A stretch of DNA of 64,000 nt, from assembly GCA_023455425.1 (NCBI GenBank), contig JAEYCM010000013.1, positions 1 through 64,000 on the forward strand, in the 5' to 3' direction. A model generated the notes under the pieces. It was not told the origin of the DNA, ran no database searches, and worked only from the letters and a program-made list of their open reading frames with translations. Below, in pieces: positions 46,945 to 56,959 of this stretch; within the stretch, counting starts at the first letter, position 1, and each line of letters starts with the position of its first letter. This stretch comes from Bacillota bacterium (lineage in GTDB: Bacteria > Bacillota > Clostridia > Christensenellales > CAG-138). A program made the translations under genes and the position numbers.

Positions 46945-48408
46945 TTATCGGGACATGGCATTATAATGGCGAGTGTACACAAAGCATGTAATAGATGCAG
47001 TTAATAGCACCAGTGAAGCTATAACTGTAACAATGCTATATGTTTGCCAAACAAGCACCGTTGGCCAATCGTATCCGGAGAGCATTGGGAAAGCCCAGCA
47101 CATCATGCATATGACAACAGTAACCACCAGCCAAACAACGGTTATGAACATTCCTTTTTTTGTGATTGATTGCCGTTCATTCATTTTCTTTCTGCGTAAT
47201 CCTACAACAAAGAAAATGGCAGCCAACAGGCAGATAACAATTGTGGCAGACGAAAGAACGATATCCAAAAGCTGCATGCCACTTATTTTATACGACTGCA
47301 CAAGATTGCCGTCTAGTATATCCTTCACGCTTTTTACCAGACCGATATTGGTACTAGCGCCATTTGTCAGCAGGCAGAAGGCTGTTCGTTCACTTGGCAG
47401 CATTGTTACTTGGGTTGAAAAATTTGGATTACCGCCCGAATGCTCAATCATTGTTTTATCGGCATTTACCATCCACCCTGCCGCATAATACATTTCGTTG
47501 ACATCCGGAACAGATATGTTTCCGATATGTGATTTTTGAATAACCGCTTTAAATACTTCAGGTATATCCTGTACAACACCCATCTGTATGTTCATCCAAC
47601 GAGCCATATCCTTTGTACAGGAGATGATATATCCCGCGGGTTTGTTCCCGGCATAATCCGGCGCATGATATGGGCTTGTTATGAAAAAAGAAGAGCGGTA
47701 GCCCTGTGCCAATTGCCCGGTCGCTTGGGCGGTTTCTTTATAAACGTAAGTATGATATAAGCCCAAGGGCTTAAATACCTGCTCCATCATAAAGTTTTCA
47801 TAGCTTTGATCCGAAACAGCTTCAATAACCAAGCCTAATACATCATAATTGATCGTTCCATACTCGTATTGCTTACCGGGAGGAAACGCCAGCTCGGCAT
47901 CGATGAGAGTTTCAACGGTTTTTTGCAACATATCCGGCGTACTGCCTTGCGGGATTCTTTGAGCATGCTTCTGATTTGTCAAGCCGCTGGTATGGTGCAG
48001 AAAGTGATTAAGCGTGAGGCCCTGCATATCAACAGGCATCCCTTTATACGCCATCGTAAGCCAAGGCAAATATTTCTGAACAGGGTCGGTCATCGACAGC
48101 AGTCCCTGCTCCTCTAGCAATAAAATGCCGGCACCGGTAAAGGCCTTACTAACCGAAGCCAACTCGTATAAAGAGTTTTCACTCGCAGACAATCTTTTCT
48201 CACGGTCTGCGTAGCCAGAGGAAAAGTAATGCGTTTCATCCCCGTCGACTATAGAAATTGACATGCCCGGCACACCCGATATACGGCAAGCATCATCCAG
48301 CAATGCTTGTATTGCTACAGATTGTGCGTCCGATAACGCATAAACCGGTGTTGCGAATCCGGTGAATAGTATAAGCGATACGATCATGGTAACGATGATC
48401 TTTTTCAT
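46945..48408 (-). CDS. Serine hydrolase of the beta-lactamase / penicillin-binding-protein fold with a C-terminal multi-TM anchor
   Basis: 487 aa from MKKIIVTM after a GGAGG RBS. It has a signal peptide, the SxxK motif (ASVSK), and four predicted TM helices at the C-terminus. Confidence 0.7.
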   Translation of the reverse strand: MKKIIVTMIVSLILFTGFATPVYALSDAQSVAIQALLDDACRISGVPGMSISIVDGDETHYFSSGYADREKRLSASENSLYELASVSKAFTGAGILLLEEQGLLSMTDPVQKYLPWLTMAYKGMPVDMQGLTLNHFLHHTSGLTNQKHAQRIPQGSTPDMLQKTVETLIDAELAFPPGKQYEYGTINYDVLGLVIEAVSDQSYENFMMEQVFKPLGLYHTYVYKETAQATGQLAQGYRSSFFITSPYHAPDYAGNKPAGYIISCTKDMARWMNIQMGVVQDIPEVFKAVIQKSHIGNISVPDVNEMYYAAGWMVNADKTMIEHSGGNPNFSTQVTMLPSERTAFCLLTNGASTNIGLVKSVKDILDGNLVQSYKISGMQLLDIVLSSATIVICLLAAIFFVVGLRRKKMNERQSITKKGMFITVVWLVVTVVICMMCWAFPMLSGYDWPTVLVWQTYSIVTVIASLVLLTASITCFVYTRHYNAMSR

Positions 48409-48419
48409 TAAGGCCTCCA

Positions 48420-50171
48420 CTATTTTGCGAACTGGCTATTGTAGAGCCGGTAATAAAATCCCTCTTTTCTGAGCAGCTCCTCATGGCTGCCCATCTCCAC
48501 GATCTTACCCTGGTCCATGGCCAATATGACGTCTGCCCCCCGGATGGTGGAAAGCCGGTGCGCAATGACAAAGCTGGTGCGCCCCTGCATCAGCGCCAAA
48601 AACGCGCGCTGGATGCGCTGCTCGGTACGGGTATCGACAGAGCTTGTGGCTTCGTCCAATATCAGCATGGGCGGATCGGAAAGCATGGCGCGCGCAATGG
48701 TCAATAGCTGCTTCTGCCCTTCCGAAATGTTGCCGCCATCTTCTGCGATGACGGTATCGTACCCCTGCGGGAGGCGTCTGATAAAGCCGTGCGCGTGGGC
48801 GGCGCGGGCGGCCTGCTCCACCTCCTCCGCCGTGGCGTCCGGCCTACCGTAGGCGATGTTTTCCCGCACAGTGCCGGAAAACAGCCAACTGTCCTGCAGC
48901 ACCATACCGAAGGAGCACCGCAGGCTATCCCGCGCGATGTCCCGGATATCGACGCCGTCGAGCAATATTGCGCCGGAATCGATCTCATAAAACCGCATCA
49001 GCAGATTGACGATGGTGGTTTTTCCGGCGCCCGTAGGCCCAACAATGGCCACCGTCTGGCCGGGAGCGACGCGCAGAGAAAAATGCTCAATCAAAGGAGA
49101 GTCTTTTTGATAGGAGAAGCTTACATCAGCGAATTCCACATTGCCGCGCGCCTGGATATCCCGCCTTGCTTCGGGCGCATCCGGCTGCTGGGGTGGCGTA
49201 TCAAGTAGCGCAAACGCGCGTTCGAGCGAGGCCGCGGCGCTTTGGAGCTGGGTCGTGATGCCCGTAATTTCGTTGATTGGGCGGGAAAACTGCACCGCAT
49301 ATGTTAAAAAGCTTGCGATCGCTCCCACGGAAAGGCCGCCGGTTACGGCCAGCAGCGCGCCGATCACGCCCACGCACACATATACCGTGTGGTTAATGAG
49401 CCGCGTGGAAGGGTTTGCAAGCGAAGAATAGAACTGGGAAAGCTGCCCCACTTTGTAGAGCCTGGCGTTGATCTCTGAAAACTGCTCCTGCGAAGCTTCT
49501 TCCCTGCCAAACGCCCGGATCACGCGCCCGCCGCTGACCATTTCTTCCACGAAGCCATTCAATTCGCCCAATGTGCGGCTTTGCTCGCGGAACATGCGGG
49601 TGGAGCTTTGCACAATTTTGCCCGCCACCAAAATGGAAAGCGGCGTCAGCACGGCCACCACCGCCGTAATGGGCGCGGAAAGCGAAAGCATAAACCCAAG
49701 CGTCCCCAATAACGTCACCACGCCCGCAAACAGCTGGGTAATCGCCTGGGCAAGGCCGTCCGCCACGGCGTCGAGATCATTGGTAAAGCGGCTGATGGTA
49801 TCCCCGTGGGCGGGGTTGTCAAAATACCTGAGCGGGAGTATGGAAAGGCGCAAAAAGCCGTCCTTTCGAATATCTGCGGCGGTGCGCGCCGCAATGGCGG
49901 CGGAAAACGCCTGCATAAACCACTGTGCAACGCTGCTGACGACATAGAGCGCGGCCATAACGGCGAGGATGCGTAAAATCGGCGCAAACTCCACCTGACC
50001 GAGACCTATGATATAGTCTATGGCCCGGCCCATTAAAAGCGGGCCGGTCAGGGCGAGCACGCTGCCCACAAACGCGGTCAGCACAGCGAAAAATAACAGC
50101 AGCCGATATTTTTTTACATAACCGTACAGGCGCATGAGGAGCGCTTTGCTGAGGGCAGGCGTTTTCTTCAT
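48420..50171 (-). CDS. ABC exporter, fused permease/ATPase (ABCB type), subunit 2 of a probable heterodimer
   Basis: 583 aa from MKKTPALSK after a GGGGAGG RBS, with six TM helices plus a nucleotide-binding domain (GPTGAGKTT; LSGGQKQ). Confidence 0.8.
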   Translation of the reverse strand: MKKTPALSKALLMRLYGYVKKYRLLLFFAVLTAFVGSVLALTGPLLMGRAIDYIIGLGQVEFAPILRILAVMAALYVVSSVAQWFMQAFSAAIAARTAADIRKDGFLRLSILPLRYFDNPAHGDTISRFTNDLDAVADGLAQAITQLFAGVVTLLGTLGFMLSLSAPITAVVAVLTPLSILVAGKIVQSSTRMFREQSRTLGELNGFVEEMVSGGRVIRAFGREEASQEQFSEINARLYKVGQLSQFYSSLANPSTRLINHTVYVCVGVIGALLAVTGGLSVGAIASFLTYAVQFSRPINEITGITTQLQSAAASLERAFALLDTPPQQPDAPEARRDIQARGNVEFADVSFSYQKDSPLIEHFSLRVAPGQTVAIVGPTGAGKTTIVNLLMRFYEIDSGAILLDGVDIRDIARDSLRCSFGMVLQDSWLFSGTVRENIAYGRPDATAEEVEQAARAAHAHGFIRRLPQGYDTVIAEDGGNISEGQKQLLTIARAMLSDPPMLILDEATSSVDTRTEQRIQRAFLALMQGRTSFVIAHRLSTIRGADVILAMDQGKIVEMGSHEELLRKEGFYYRLYNSQFAK

Positions 50172-51982
50172 GCGCGCTCCTCCCCGGCAAGCTCCTGCGA
50201 TTTTAAAATTTCCTGGTAGAGCGGGCACGTTTTTTTGAGTTCTTCATGCGTGCCGAGGCCCACAACATCGCCATCGTCCAACACAAGAATTTGGTCCGCA
50301 TGCAGGATGCTTGCGGCGCGCTGCGTGATCTGGACCACCGCCATCTCCGTGCGCCGGCGCAACGCCTGCCGGAGCGCCGCTTCCGTCATATAGTCCAAGG
50401 CGCTTGCGGAATCGTCCAAAATCAGCAGCGAAGGTTTTTTCACCACGGCGCGGGCAATGCAAAGCCGCTGCTTTTGTCCGCCGCTGAAATTGACGCCGCC
50501 TTGCAATACCATGGTGTCCAGCCCTTCCGGCAGCTTGTTGACAAACTCCGCCTGGGTGACGCGCAGGGCTTCGAGCAACTCCTCGTCTGTGGCTTCCGCG
50601 TTGCCATACCGCAGGTTTTCCCGCAGCGTGCCGCTGAACAGCACGGATTTTTGCGGCACAATGCCGATCTTATTGCGAAGCGCGGCGAGGGTAAACTTCC
50701 GTACATCCTCGCCATACAGCAAAACATGGCCCTGCGTCGCATCATAAAACCTGCAGATGAGATTCGCCAGCGTGCTCTTTCCCGCGCCCGTTCCGCCGAT
50801 AATGCCCAGCGTTTCCCCCTTGTTCAGCGTGAAGCTTACATGTTCCAGCGCGTCCGCCGCGGCGTCCACATAACGGAAGGAAACGCTTTCAAAGCACAGC
50901 AGCGGCGCGTCCGGGGAAGCCGCAGCGCCCGGGCCGTCCACAATGGAAGGTTTTGTATCAAACAGCTCGTTGACGCGCGCGGCGGAAGCCGTCGCTTTGG
51001 TAAATACGGATACGAGATTGGCTACCACCAGCATGGAGGCTAAAATATCGATGACATAATTGATAAGCGCAATGATCTCGCCGGTTGTAAGCGTATTGCT
51101 GTTGACGCGCAGAGCGCCAAAATAAACGAGCAGCAGGATTCCTGTGTTCATCACAAGCGAGGTCAGCGGATTGACAAGCGCGGAAACGCGGTTGACAGCA
51201 ACGGAGGCGTCCGCATGCGCATCCGCCGAGTCCGAAAACCGCTTGTTCTCCTCCTGTACCCGCGCAAACGCGCGGATGACCCGCACGCCGGAAAGGTTTT
51301 CCCTTAACACGCGGGAGAGCGCATCCAGCTTCTGCTGCACGCTGCGGAACAACGGCACGGAGCGCGTCATGGTGACATACAGGATCAAGGCGAATAAGAG
51401 AATAACGGCGAGTATGATGAGCGAAAGCTTCACGTCGATCCACAACGCCATAATGAACCCGCCGATGCACAGAAACGGCGAGCGCAACACCAGGCGGATG
51501 AGCATGGCCACCGCCCACTGCAATTGGTTGATATCCACCGTAACGCGGTTGATGAGCGTAGGCGTGCCGAACTTGTCCAGTTCCGCAAAGGACAGGCGGT
51601 TGATGTGCGCGAACACCTCGTTGCGCAGGTTTGTGCCCACCCCCTGCGCCGCAAGCGAGGCGTAGTACTGGCATAAGAACGCAAAGCCGAACCCCACGAC
51701 GGATACCAGCAGCATGCCGCCGCCCATCCGCCAAATATAGGCCGTATCCCCTTTCATCACGCCGTTGTCTATGATGTACATCATCATCAAAGGGATAAAC
51801 AGCTCGAGCACCGCCTCCGTCAGCTTGAAGAGGGGACCCAGTATCATCTGCTTTTTAAAAGGAATTAAAAACCTAGCCAGCCGCCGCAACGCCGTGCTCC
51901 TTTCCTGCCGGTTCCGGCGCAAACGCCGCACCTGCCCATTAGGATACCACCGTTTGGCTAGGCGCACAACCTGCCCAGACAT
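50168..51982 (-). CDS. ABC exporter, fused permease/ATPase (ABCB type), subunit 1 of a probable heterodimer
   Basis: 604 aa with a transmembrane domain plus nucleotide-binding domain (GGTGAGKST; FSGGQKQR). ATGA overlap with the downstream partner. Confidence 0.8.
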   Translation of the reverse strand: MSGQVVRLAKRWYPNGQVRRLRRNRQERSTALRRLARFLIPFKKQMILGPLFKLTEAVLELFIPLMMMYIIDNGVMKGDTAYIWRMGGGMLLVSVVGFGFAFLCQYYASLAAQGVGTNLRNEVFAHINRLSFAELDKFGTPTLINRVTVDINQLQWAVAMLIRLVLRSPFLCIGGFIMALWIDVKLSLIILAVILLFALILYVTMTRSVPLFRSVQQKLDALSRVLRENLSGVRVIRAFARVQEENKRFSDSADAHADASVAVNRVSALVNPLTSLVMNTGILLLVYFGALRVNSNTLTTGEIIALINYVIDILASMLVVANLVSVFTKATASAARVNELFDTKPSIVDGPGAAASPDAPLLCFESVSFRYVDAAADALEHVSFTLNKGETLGIIGGTGAGKSTLANLICRFYDATQGHVLLYGEDVRKFTLAALRNKIGIVPQKSVLFSGTLRENLRYGNAEATDEELLEALRVTQAEFVNKLPEGLDTMVLQGGVNFSGGQKQRLCIARAVVKKPSLLILDDSASALDYMTEAALRQALRRRTEMAVVQITQRAASILHADQILVLDDGDVVGLGTHEELKKTCPLYQEILKSQELAGEERA

Positions 51983-52099
51983 TCTGCCTCCAGCCCTGAA
52001 AGAATTGTACCCCCGCTTCTAAGGAAGCGGGGGCACACGCGTCTATGGTATAACCCGGAACCCGCTGGGACACAGGAGGCCCCGGATCTCTGTTGCGCG

Positions 52100-54688
52100 T
52101 TACTTCTGCATAATCCTTCGCAGCAAAAGCATCGCGGCCAGAAGGAAAAGCGCTCCGACCAGCATGGTCAGGGGAACGATCTGCATGGCGCCGCCGGTGC
52201 TGGGCGCGCCAAGCGGGATAGCGCCCGGGGAGAGCGGGATGCTGCCGCCGCCGGGGCCTAGCGGAATGTCTCCGCCGCCGTCGTCATCGTCGTCTCCACC
52301 GTCATCGCCGGGATCCGTGGGCCGGTTGAGCGCAATGTTCGCGCTGGCCGCGGCCGTGCCGGGAGAACCGACAAGCGTGATGCCGTTGCCATCCGCCGTA
52401 AAGCCGATGCTGTAATCAAACGTGACAGTTGCGCTAGTACCCCATGCATCCGGCCAGGCGCCGAGCTGTTCATAGGTCACCGTGCCGTCGGGTTTGACGG
52501 TGACGCGCACCTGGCTGTTTTCAAACACCCAGTTGCCCGAACCGTCCACCGTAACGCCAACGGATACGCCCGCAATCATCGCATTGGTGACACTGACGAC
52601 CGCCGTATTGGAAACGGTGGTGCCCACCGCCTGCAGCTTATGGGTATCAAGGGAGTCCACTTTCAGGTTATAGGTGGAGCCGCCACTTGCCCCGCTGCTG
52701 TTTCCGTTCAGCAGGTTGAAGTTGAAGTTGTTGGTGTAGTTTTCCGTCACGGCGTCGTCATCCGCAAACGGGTCGAGCACGATGGCGGGACGATCCAGCA
52801 CAATGGCCACTTCCTGCCCGCCGGAAACGATAGGTTTGGCGTAGAGGATCGCGGAATCGTTGGTGTAGGCCGTGCCGTAGGTGTACGCGTCGCCTAGTGT
52901 GCTGTTGGGAACAAGGAAGTAGCGGGTGCTTTCTCTTACCCCGTTCTTCAGGTCGCCAATGTACCACTCGATGATGGTATTGCCCTCGGCGTCCGTGCCC
53001 ACCACTCTGAGTTCCGTATTGCCGTTGACAAAGTAGATGTCAAAGCCCGCAGGGACGACGTCGATCACCTTTGCCTGCTCGGCTACGATGGCGTCGTTGA
53101 CGATTTGGTTGGCAATGGTCTTGTAGGTTTCAATAATCTGCTCGGGCGTGCTGGCCCAGGTGTAGTTGATATCAAAGTTGTCGTAATCGACTTCGCCGTC
53201 CGGATCGTTCGCATCAAGCAGGCCCTTGAAGTACCCGCCGGACTTGTTGGGATCCATATAGGTGGCGATGCTGTTGGCCGCCGTATTGCTGTCGTTGATG
53301 ACAACGTTGTGCAGCGATATGCCTTTCTCCAGCAGATCGACCGCAGCCTCGGACGCCCGCTTCCCGGCGTTTGTGATCTGGGTGCTGTTGCTGCTGTAAG
53401 ATATGCTTGTGGTGGTGTCCGCCGGATTGCTGTAATAGGTGTTGGCTTCTCCGTCCGTCATGAACACCACGTGGATGTTGTCCCCTGTGATGGAGCCGCC
53501 GCTGCTATCGATCAGCGCCTGCACAAGCTCGCCGGTTTCCATATAACCAGCCTGCGCGTTGGTGCCGGCATTGTCGAGCATGCCGGTGCCGCCCGTAAGC
53601 CCGGCGCGGGAGGCGGAGCCTGTAAAGTAGGTTAAAAGCTCGGTGACATTATCATTGGTAAACACATTGCTTCCCGTTCCCGTGACGGTAACGGTGCGCG
53701 CTACCACATTGTTCCTGCCGCCGGAATAGACCACCAGAGACAGGTCTACGTTTTGGTTGAGCGATGCAAGGTTTGTAATATTGCCCGAACCATCGCGCTC
53801 AACGCCATAGAGGATATCGATAAATTCCGTGGCAGCCTCTTTTAGCACCTCCCACTTGGTCACGTTGCTATTTCCAAGTTTATCGCCCATGCTGTCGGTA
53901 ATGTCGATGCTCAGCACAACATTGGTTTTGCCGGAAATGGATACGCCGCCCTCGGAGTCGAATATCTGATCGGTCCTTGTCCCCTCCGCTTCGAGCGTCA
54001 CCTCGTAGCCTTCGAGCACATTGCCTTCAGAGTCCGTCACTGCGACCTCCTTCACGGTCTTGTCGCCTTCAATCGTGGTTTCGCCCACGACAATAAGATA
54101 ATCCTTTTCGGGATCGGCCTCGATGCCGTTGCTCCAAAGGATATCGTCCACGATAGAGCCGTCTTCTGTGACAGCCCCCTGGTCATCGGGAATCCCGCTG
54201 GAAAGAGGAATGCCCTCATCATCGTAGAACGCCCCGTTATCGGTAGAGTAACTGCCGCCCGAGCCGGTATAGGAGCCCAGATAAATATCGTTGTTGTTGA
54301 TAGCGGTGTCGTCATAGGAAGTGTCCGCACCCGTTACGGCGCTGTTGGGAATGGTATTCTCTGTTCCCCCGTTTTGAACGATGGAAAGATCCTCATTTGC
54401 CCCCTTCAGGGAGACGTCAGTGGAATTTTCGCCGGAACCGTTGTAGGTATACCCGTTGCCCGAAGCGTCGGGTATAATGGTGGTTTCATCCTGGGACGTA
54501 TACGTCCCGCCCACAAAATTGTCCTCATCCGTCTCCGCCGCAGCGGCAGTCACGGTTTCCGTCGCACTCACCGTTACCGTTACCTCGTTGGGCGCCAATG
54601 CGTGCGCAACACTGGGCAGCGCAAGCGCCATAAACAAAAATACCGCGGTAAGCAGCGAAAGCATCCTGTGTTTTCGCGCTGTAAACAT
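52100..54688 (-). CDS. Large secreted cell-surface protein with a von Willebrand factor A (VWA) domain, a Gly/Asp-rich linker and a C-terminal cell-wall-sorting-like signal
   Basis: 862 aa with a signal peptide (MFTARKHRMLSLLTAVFLFMALALPSVAHA), a MIDAS motif DITDSMG, a D/G-rich stretch, and a C-terminus ...IPLGAPSTGG followed by a TM helix and an RRIMQK tail. Confidence 0.7.
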   Translation of the reverse strand: MFTARKHRMLSLLTAVFLFMALALPSVAHALAPNEVTVTVSATETVTAAAAETDEDNFVGGTYTSQDETTIIPDASGNGYTYNGSGENSTDVSLKGANEDLSIVQNGGTENTIPNSAVTGADTSYDDTAINNNDIYLGSYTGSGGSYSTDNGAFYDDEGIPLSSGIPDDQGAVTEDGSIVDDILWSNGIEADPEKDYLIVVGETTIEGDKTVKEVAVTDSEGNVLEGYEVTLEAEGTRTDQIFDSEGGVSISGKTNVVLSIDITDSMGDKLGNSNVTKWEVLKEAATEFIDILYGVERDGSGNITNLASLNQNVDLSLVVYSGGRNNVVARTVTVTGTGSNVFTNDNVTELLTYFTGSASRAGLTGGTGMLDNAGTNAQAGYMETGELVQALIDSSGGSITGDNIHVVFMTDGEANTYYSNPADTTTSISYSSNSTQITNAGKRASEAAVDLLEKGISLHNVVINDSNTAANSIATYMDPNKSGGYFKGLLDANDPDGEVDYDNFDINYTWASTPEQIIETYKTIANQIVNDAIVAEQAKVIDVVPAGFDIYFVNGNTELRVVGTDAEGNTIIEWYIGDLKNGVRESTRYFLVPNSTLGDAYTYGTAYTNDSAILYAKPIVSGGQEVAIVLDRPAIVLDPFADDDAVTENYTNNFNFNLLNGNSSGASGGSTYNLKVDSLDTHKLQAVGTTVSNTAVVSVTNAMIAGVSVGVTVDGSGNWVFENSQVRVTVKPDGTVTYEQLGAWPDAWGTSATVTFDYSIGFTADGNGITLVGSPGTAAASANIALNRPTDPGDDGGDDDDDGGGDIPLGPGGGSIPLSPGAIPLGAPSTGGAMQIVPLTMLVGALFLLAAMLLLRRIMQK

Positions 54689-54728
54689 AACAACTCTCCT
54701 CTCTATTATCGGTTAGGAATTTTTCTTG

Positions 54729-54754
54729 TGTGTCCAAATTCTGTGTCCAAATTC
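54729..54754. repeat. Perfect tandem direct repeat, 2 x 13 bp (TGTGTCCAAATTC), in the promoter region of the VWA gene
   Basis: 54729-54741 and 54742-54754 are identical. They lie ~40 nt upstream of the VWA start on the minus strand. Confidence 0.5.
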
Positions 54755-54876
54755 CTAGCGTATTACTAGAGATTTAACCTGAGTTAGTTGTCTCAAACAC
54801 ATATGAAAGGATAAACCTGCATTGTATTTGTTTATAAGGCCGCAGTTTCACGAAGCTTGCAATGTTCTTAAGACAA

Positions 54877-54903
54877 GAAAAAAGGCGCGTACGCGCCTTT
54901 TTT
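54877..54903. terminator. Bidirectional rho-independent terminator
   Basis: AAAAAAGGCGCG-tac-GCGCCTTTTTT. Confidence 0.75.
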
Positions 54904-54917
54904 GAAACATCACTTGA

Positions 54918-55817
54918 TTAGCCGATGATATTCTTGGTGTTTGCGATTTCCAGTTCGTTGCGGATAAACGCGCGGGTGGTTTCATAGAGCGCCTGCTGCG
55001 CTTCACCCACGCTGTTGTTCTTTTCAAAGGCGACCTGGTAGGCGCGCCTGAGATCGGAGCCGACATTAATCTTTGCGATGCCGCTCTTGACGCCGCCCAG
55101 CACGAACTCTTTTTTAATGCCGGAGCCGCCGTGGAGCACCAGCGGAATGCCCGCCGCTTCCCTGAGCTTTGCGATATAGGGAACGTCCAGCCGCGCTTCC
55201 GGCTTCTTTGCAAAGCGGTTGCTTTCCGCAATGGCCCCGTGGAAATTGCCGCAGGCGACGGATACCCAATCGCACCCGCTTTCTTTCACGAACGTTGCAA
55301 GCTCGTCGAGCTTCGTGAAGCCGAGCTTCTTGGAGAATATCTCTTCATATGGCGGCATTTCCCCGCCTTCGTGTCCCATGACCGCGCCAAGCTCCGCCTC
55401 GATGGGGGCATTCGCCGCATGGGCAACAGCCGCGGCCTCGGCCGTGGCGCGGATGTTTTCTTCTAACGGCAGCCGGGAGCCGTCCACCATGACGGATTGG
55501 TAACCCGCATCAAGCGCCAGGCGGATGATATCCGTAAAGTTTACGCGCAGCAGATCTTCATCGATAACGGGAACATGGTCCAAATGCAGCATGGTATGGT
55601 TGGGATTTGCATACTTAAAATACGATTCCGCAACCGCCTGCAGGCTCTTTGCCTCCATCTTCTCCCATTCCAGCCGCGCCACCTGAATCATGGCGACCGA
55701 GTTTTCATCCACCACCGCGCGGATGATGGGTTCCGTCATATTCAAATTCGGGATATTGAACGCAGGGATAACGATTTGATTTTGAAGCGCCTTTTTGACC
55801 ACTGCCTTTGGATCCAT
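54918..55817 (-). CDS. Class II ketose-bisphosphate aldolase (fructose-/tagatose-bisphosphate aldolase family)
   Basis: 299 aa with zinc-binding His residues (HLDH; LHGGSG) typical of FbaA/GatY/KbaY. Confidence 0.8.
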   Translation of the reverse strand: MDPKAVVKKALQNQIVIPAFNIPNLNMTEPIIRAVVDENSVAMIQVARLEWEKMEAKSLQAVAESYFKYANPNHTMLHLDHVPVIDEDLLRVNFTDIIRLALDAGYQSVMVDGSRLPLEENIRATAEAAAVAHAANAPIEAELGAVMGHEGGEMPPYEEIFSKKLGFTKLDELATFVKESGCDWVSVACGNFHGAIAESNRFAKKPEARLDVPYIAKLREAAGIPLVLHGGSGIKKEFVLGGVKSGIAKINVGSDLRRAYQVAFEKNNSVGEAQQALYETTRAFIRNELEIANTKNIIG

Positions 55818-55917
55818 GCTGGTTCCCCCTTGTATTCAAAAATATAGCCCGCGCCAGACTGCGCGGCATTTGTTAACGGTAACAGTATACCACGTTTTCC
55901 CGTTTCGGCAAACGTAT

Positions 55918-56901
55918 TCAGCAAATGCGGGGCAGGCCTTCGCCCAGCAGCGGCTCAATCGCGCGGTTGCCGCCCGCGCGCGTCTTCTGGGTCACCAGCG
56001 GGCCGCCCGCAAGAACGGAACCGACGATACGCGCATCCGCCCCATATGGAGACGCCTGGATAAGGGAAAGCGCGCGCGCCGCGTCCTGTTCCGGCACAGT
56101 CAATACAAGCTTACCCTCGTTGCCCATATACAGGGGATCGAGCCCCAGAATATCGCAGAAACCGGACACCTGCGTATCCGCAAGCGGCATATCGCCCAAT
56201 GCAATGTGAACACCGGACGCCACGGCGACTTCGTGCAGCACGGAAGCAAGCCCGCCGCGCGTAATGTCCCGCAAGGAATGCACCGCCACCCCGCCGGATA
56301 ACAGCGCCCGGACCATTCCATTGAGCGGCGCGCAGTCGCTTTTGATGCTGCTTTCCATGCCCATGCGCGCGGAAAGGATGCAGGCGTGGTGGTTGCCCAA
56401 GTACCCGCTGATAATGACGGCGTCCCCCGGCTTTGTATAGCGCACGCTCACGTCCACGCCCTGCGGCACAAGGCCAACGCCCGCCGTGTTGATATACAAG
56501 CCGCCCTTGCCGTCTATGACCTTGGTATCGCCAGCGACGATCAGTACCCCCGCCTCGTCCGCGGCCTGCCGCATGGAAAGTGCCACGCGTTTGAGCGTTT
56601 CCGTATCCAGGCCATCCTCCAGGATAAAACCCGCCGTCAGGTATTTCGGCGTAGCCCCGCGCATCAAAAGATCGTTGACGGTGCCGCAGACGGCAAGCTT
56701 GCCGATATCCCCGCCCGGGAAAAACAGCGGCGTCACCACAAACGAGTCCGTCGTGAGCGCGATGTTGCCCGCGGGTACGGGGAGCACCGCCGCATCCTCC
56801 ATGCGGTCTAGCGTATCGTTGGAAAACGCGGACTGGAACACATCGCGTATGAGTTCGTTCATCAGCTTGCCGCCGCCGCCGTGGGCCGCATTGATTTTCA
56901 T
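55918..56901 (-). CDS. hypE: [NiFe]-hydrogenase maturation protein HypE (carbamoyl dehydratase)
   Basis: 327 aa from MKINAAHGGGG, with an AIR-synthase-like fold and the C-terminal PRIC motif. The track ORF is over-extended by 32 codons. Confidence 0.85.
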   Translation of the reverse strand: MKINAAHGGGGKLMNELIRDVFQSAFSNDTLDRMEDAAVLPVPAGNIALTTDSFVVTPLFFPGGDIGKLAVCGTVNDLLMRGATPKYLTAGFILEDGLDTETLKRVALSMRQAADEAGVLIVAGDTKVIDGKGGLYINTAGVGLVPQGVDVSVRYTKPGDAVIISGYLGNHHACILSARMGMESSIKSDCAPLNGMVRALLSGGVAVHSLRDITRGGLASVLHEVAVASGVHIALGDMPLADTQVSGFCDILGLDPLYMGNEGKLVLTVPEQDAARALSLIQASPYGADARIVGSVLAGGPLVTQKTRAGGNRAIEPLLGEGLPRIC

Positions 56902-56959
56902 TGCTTCGGCTGCCTCCTGTTCTACAAGTCCTATGTATCGAAGGGTAAAGTTTCTTCTT

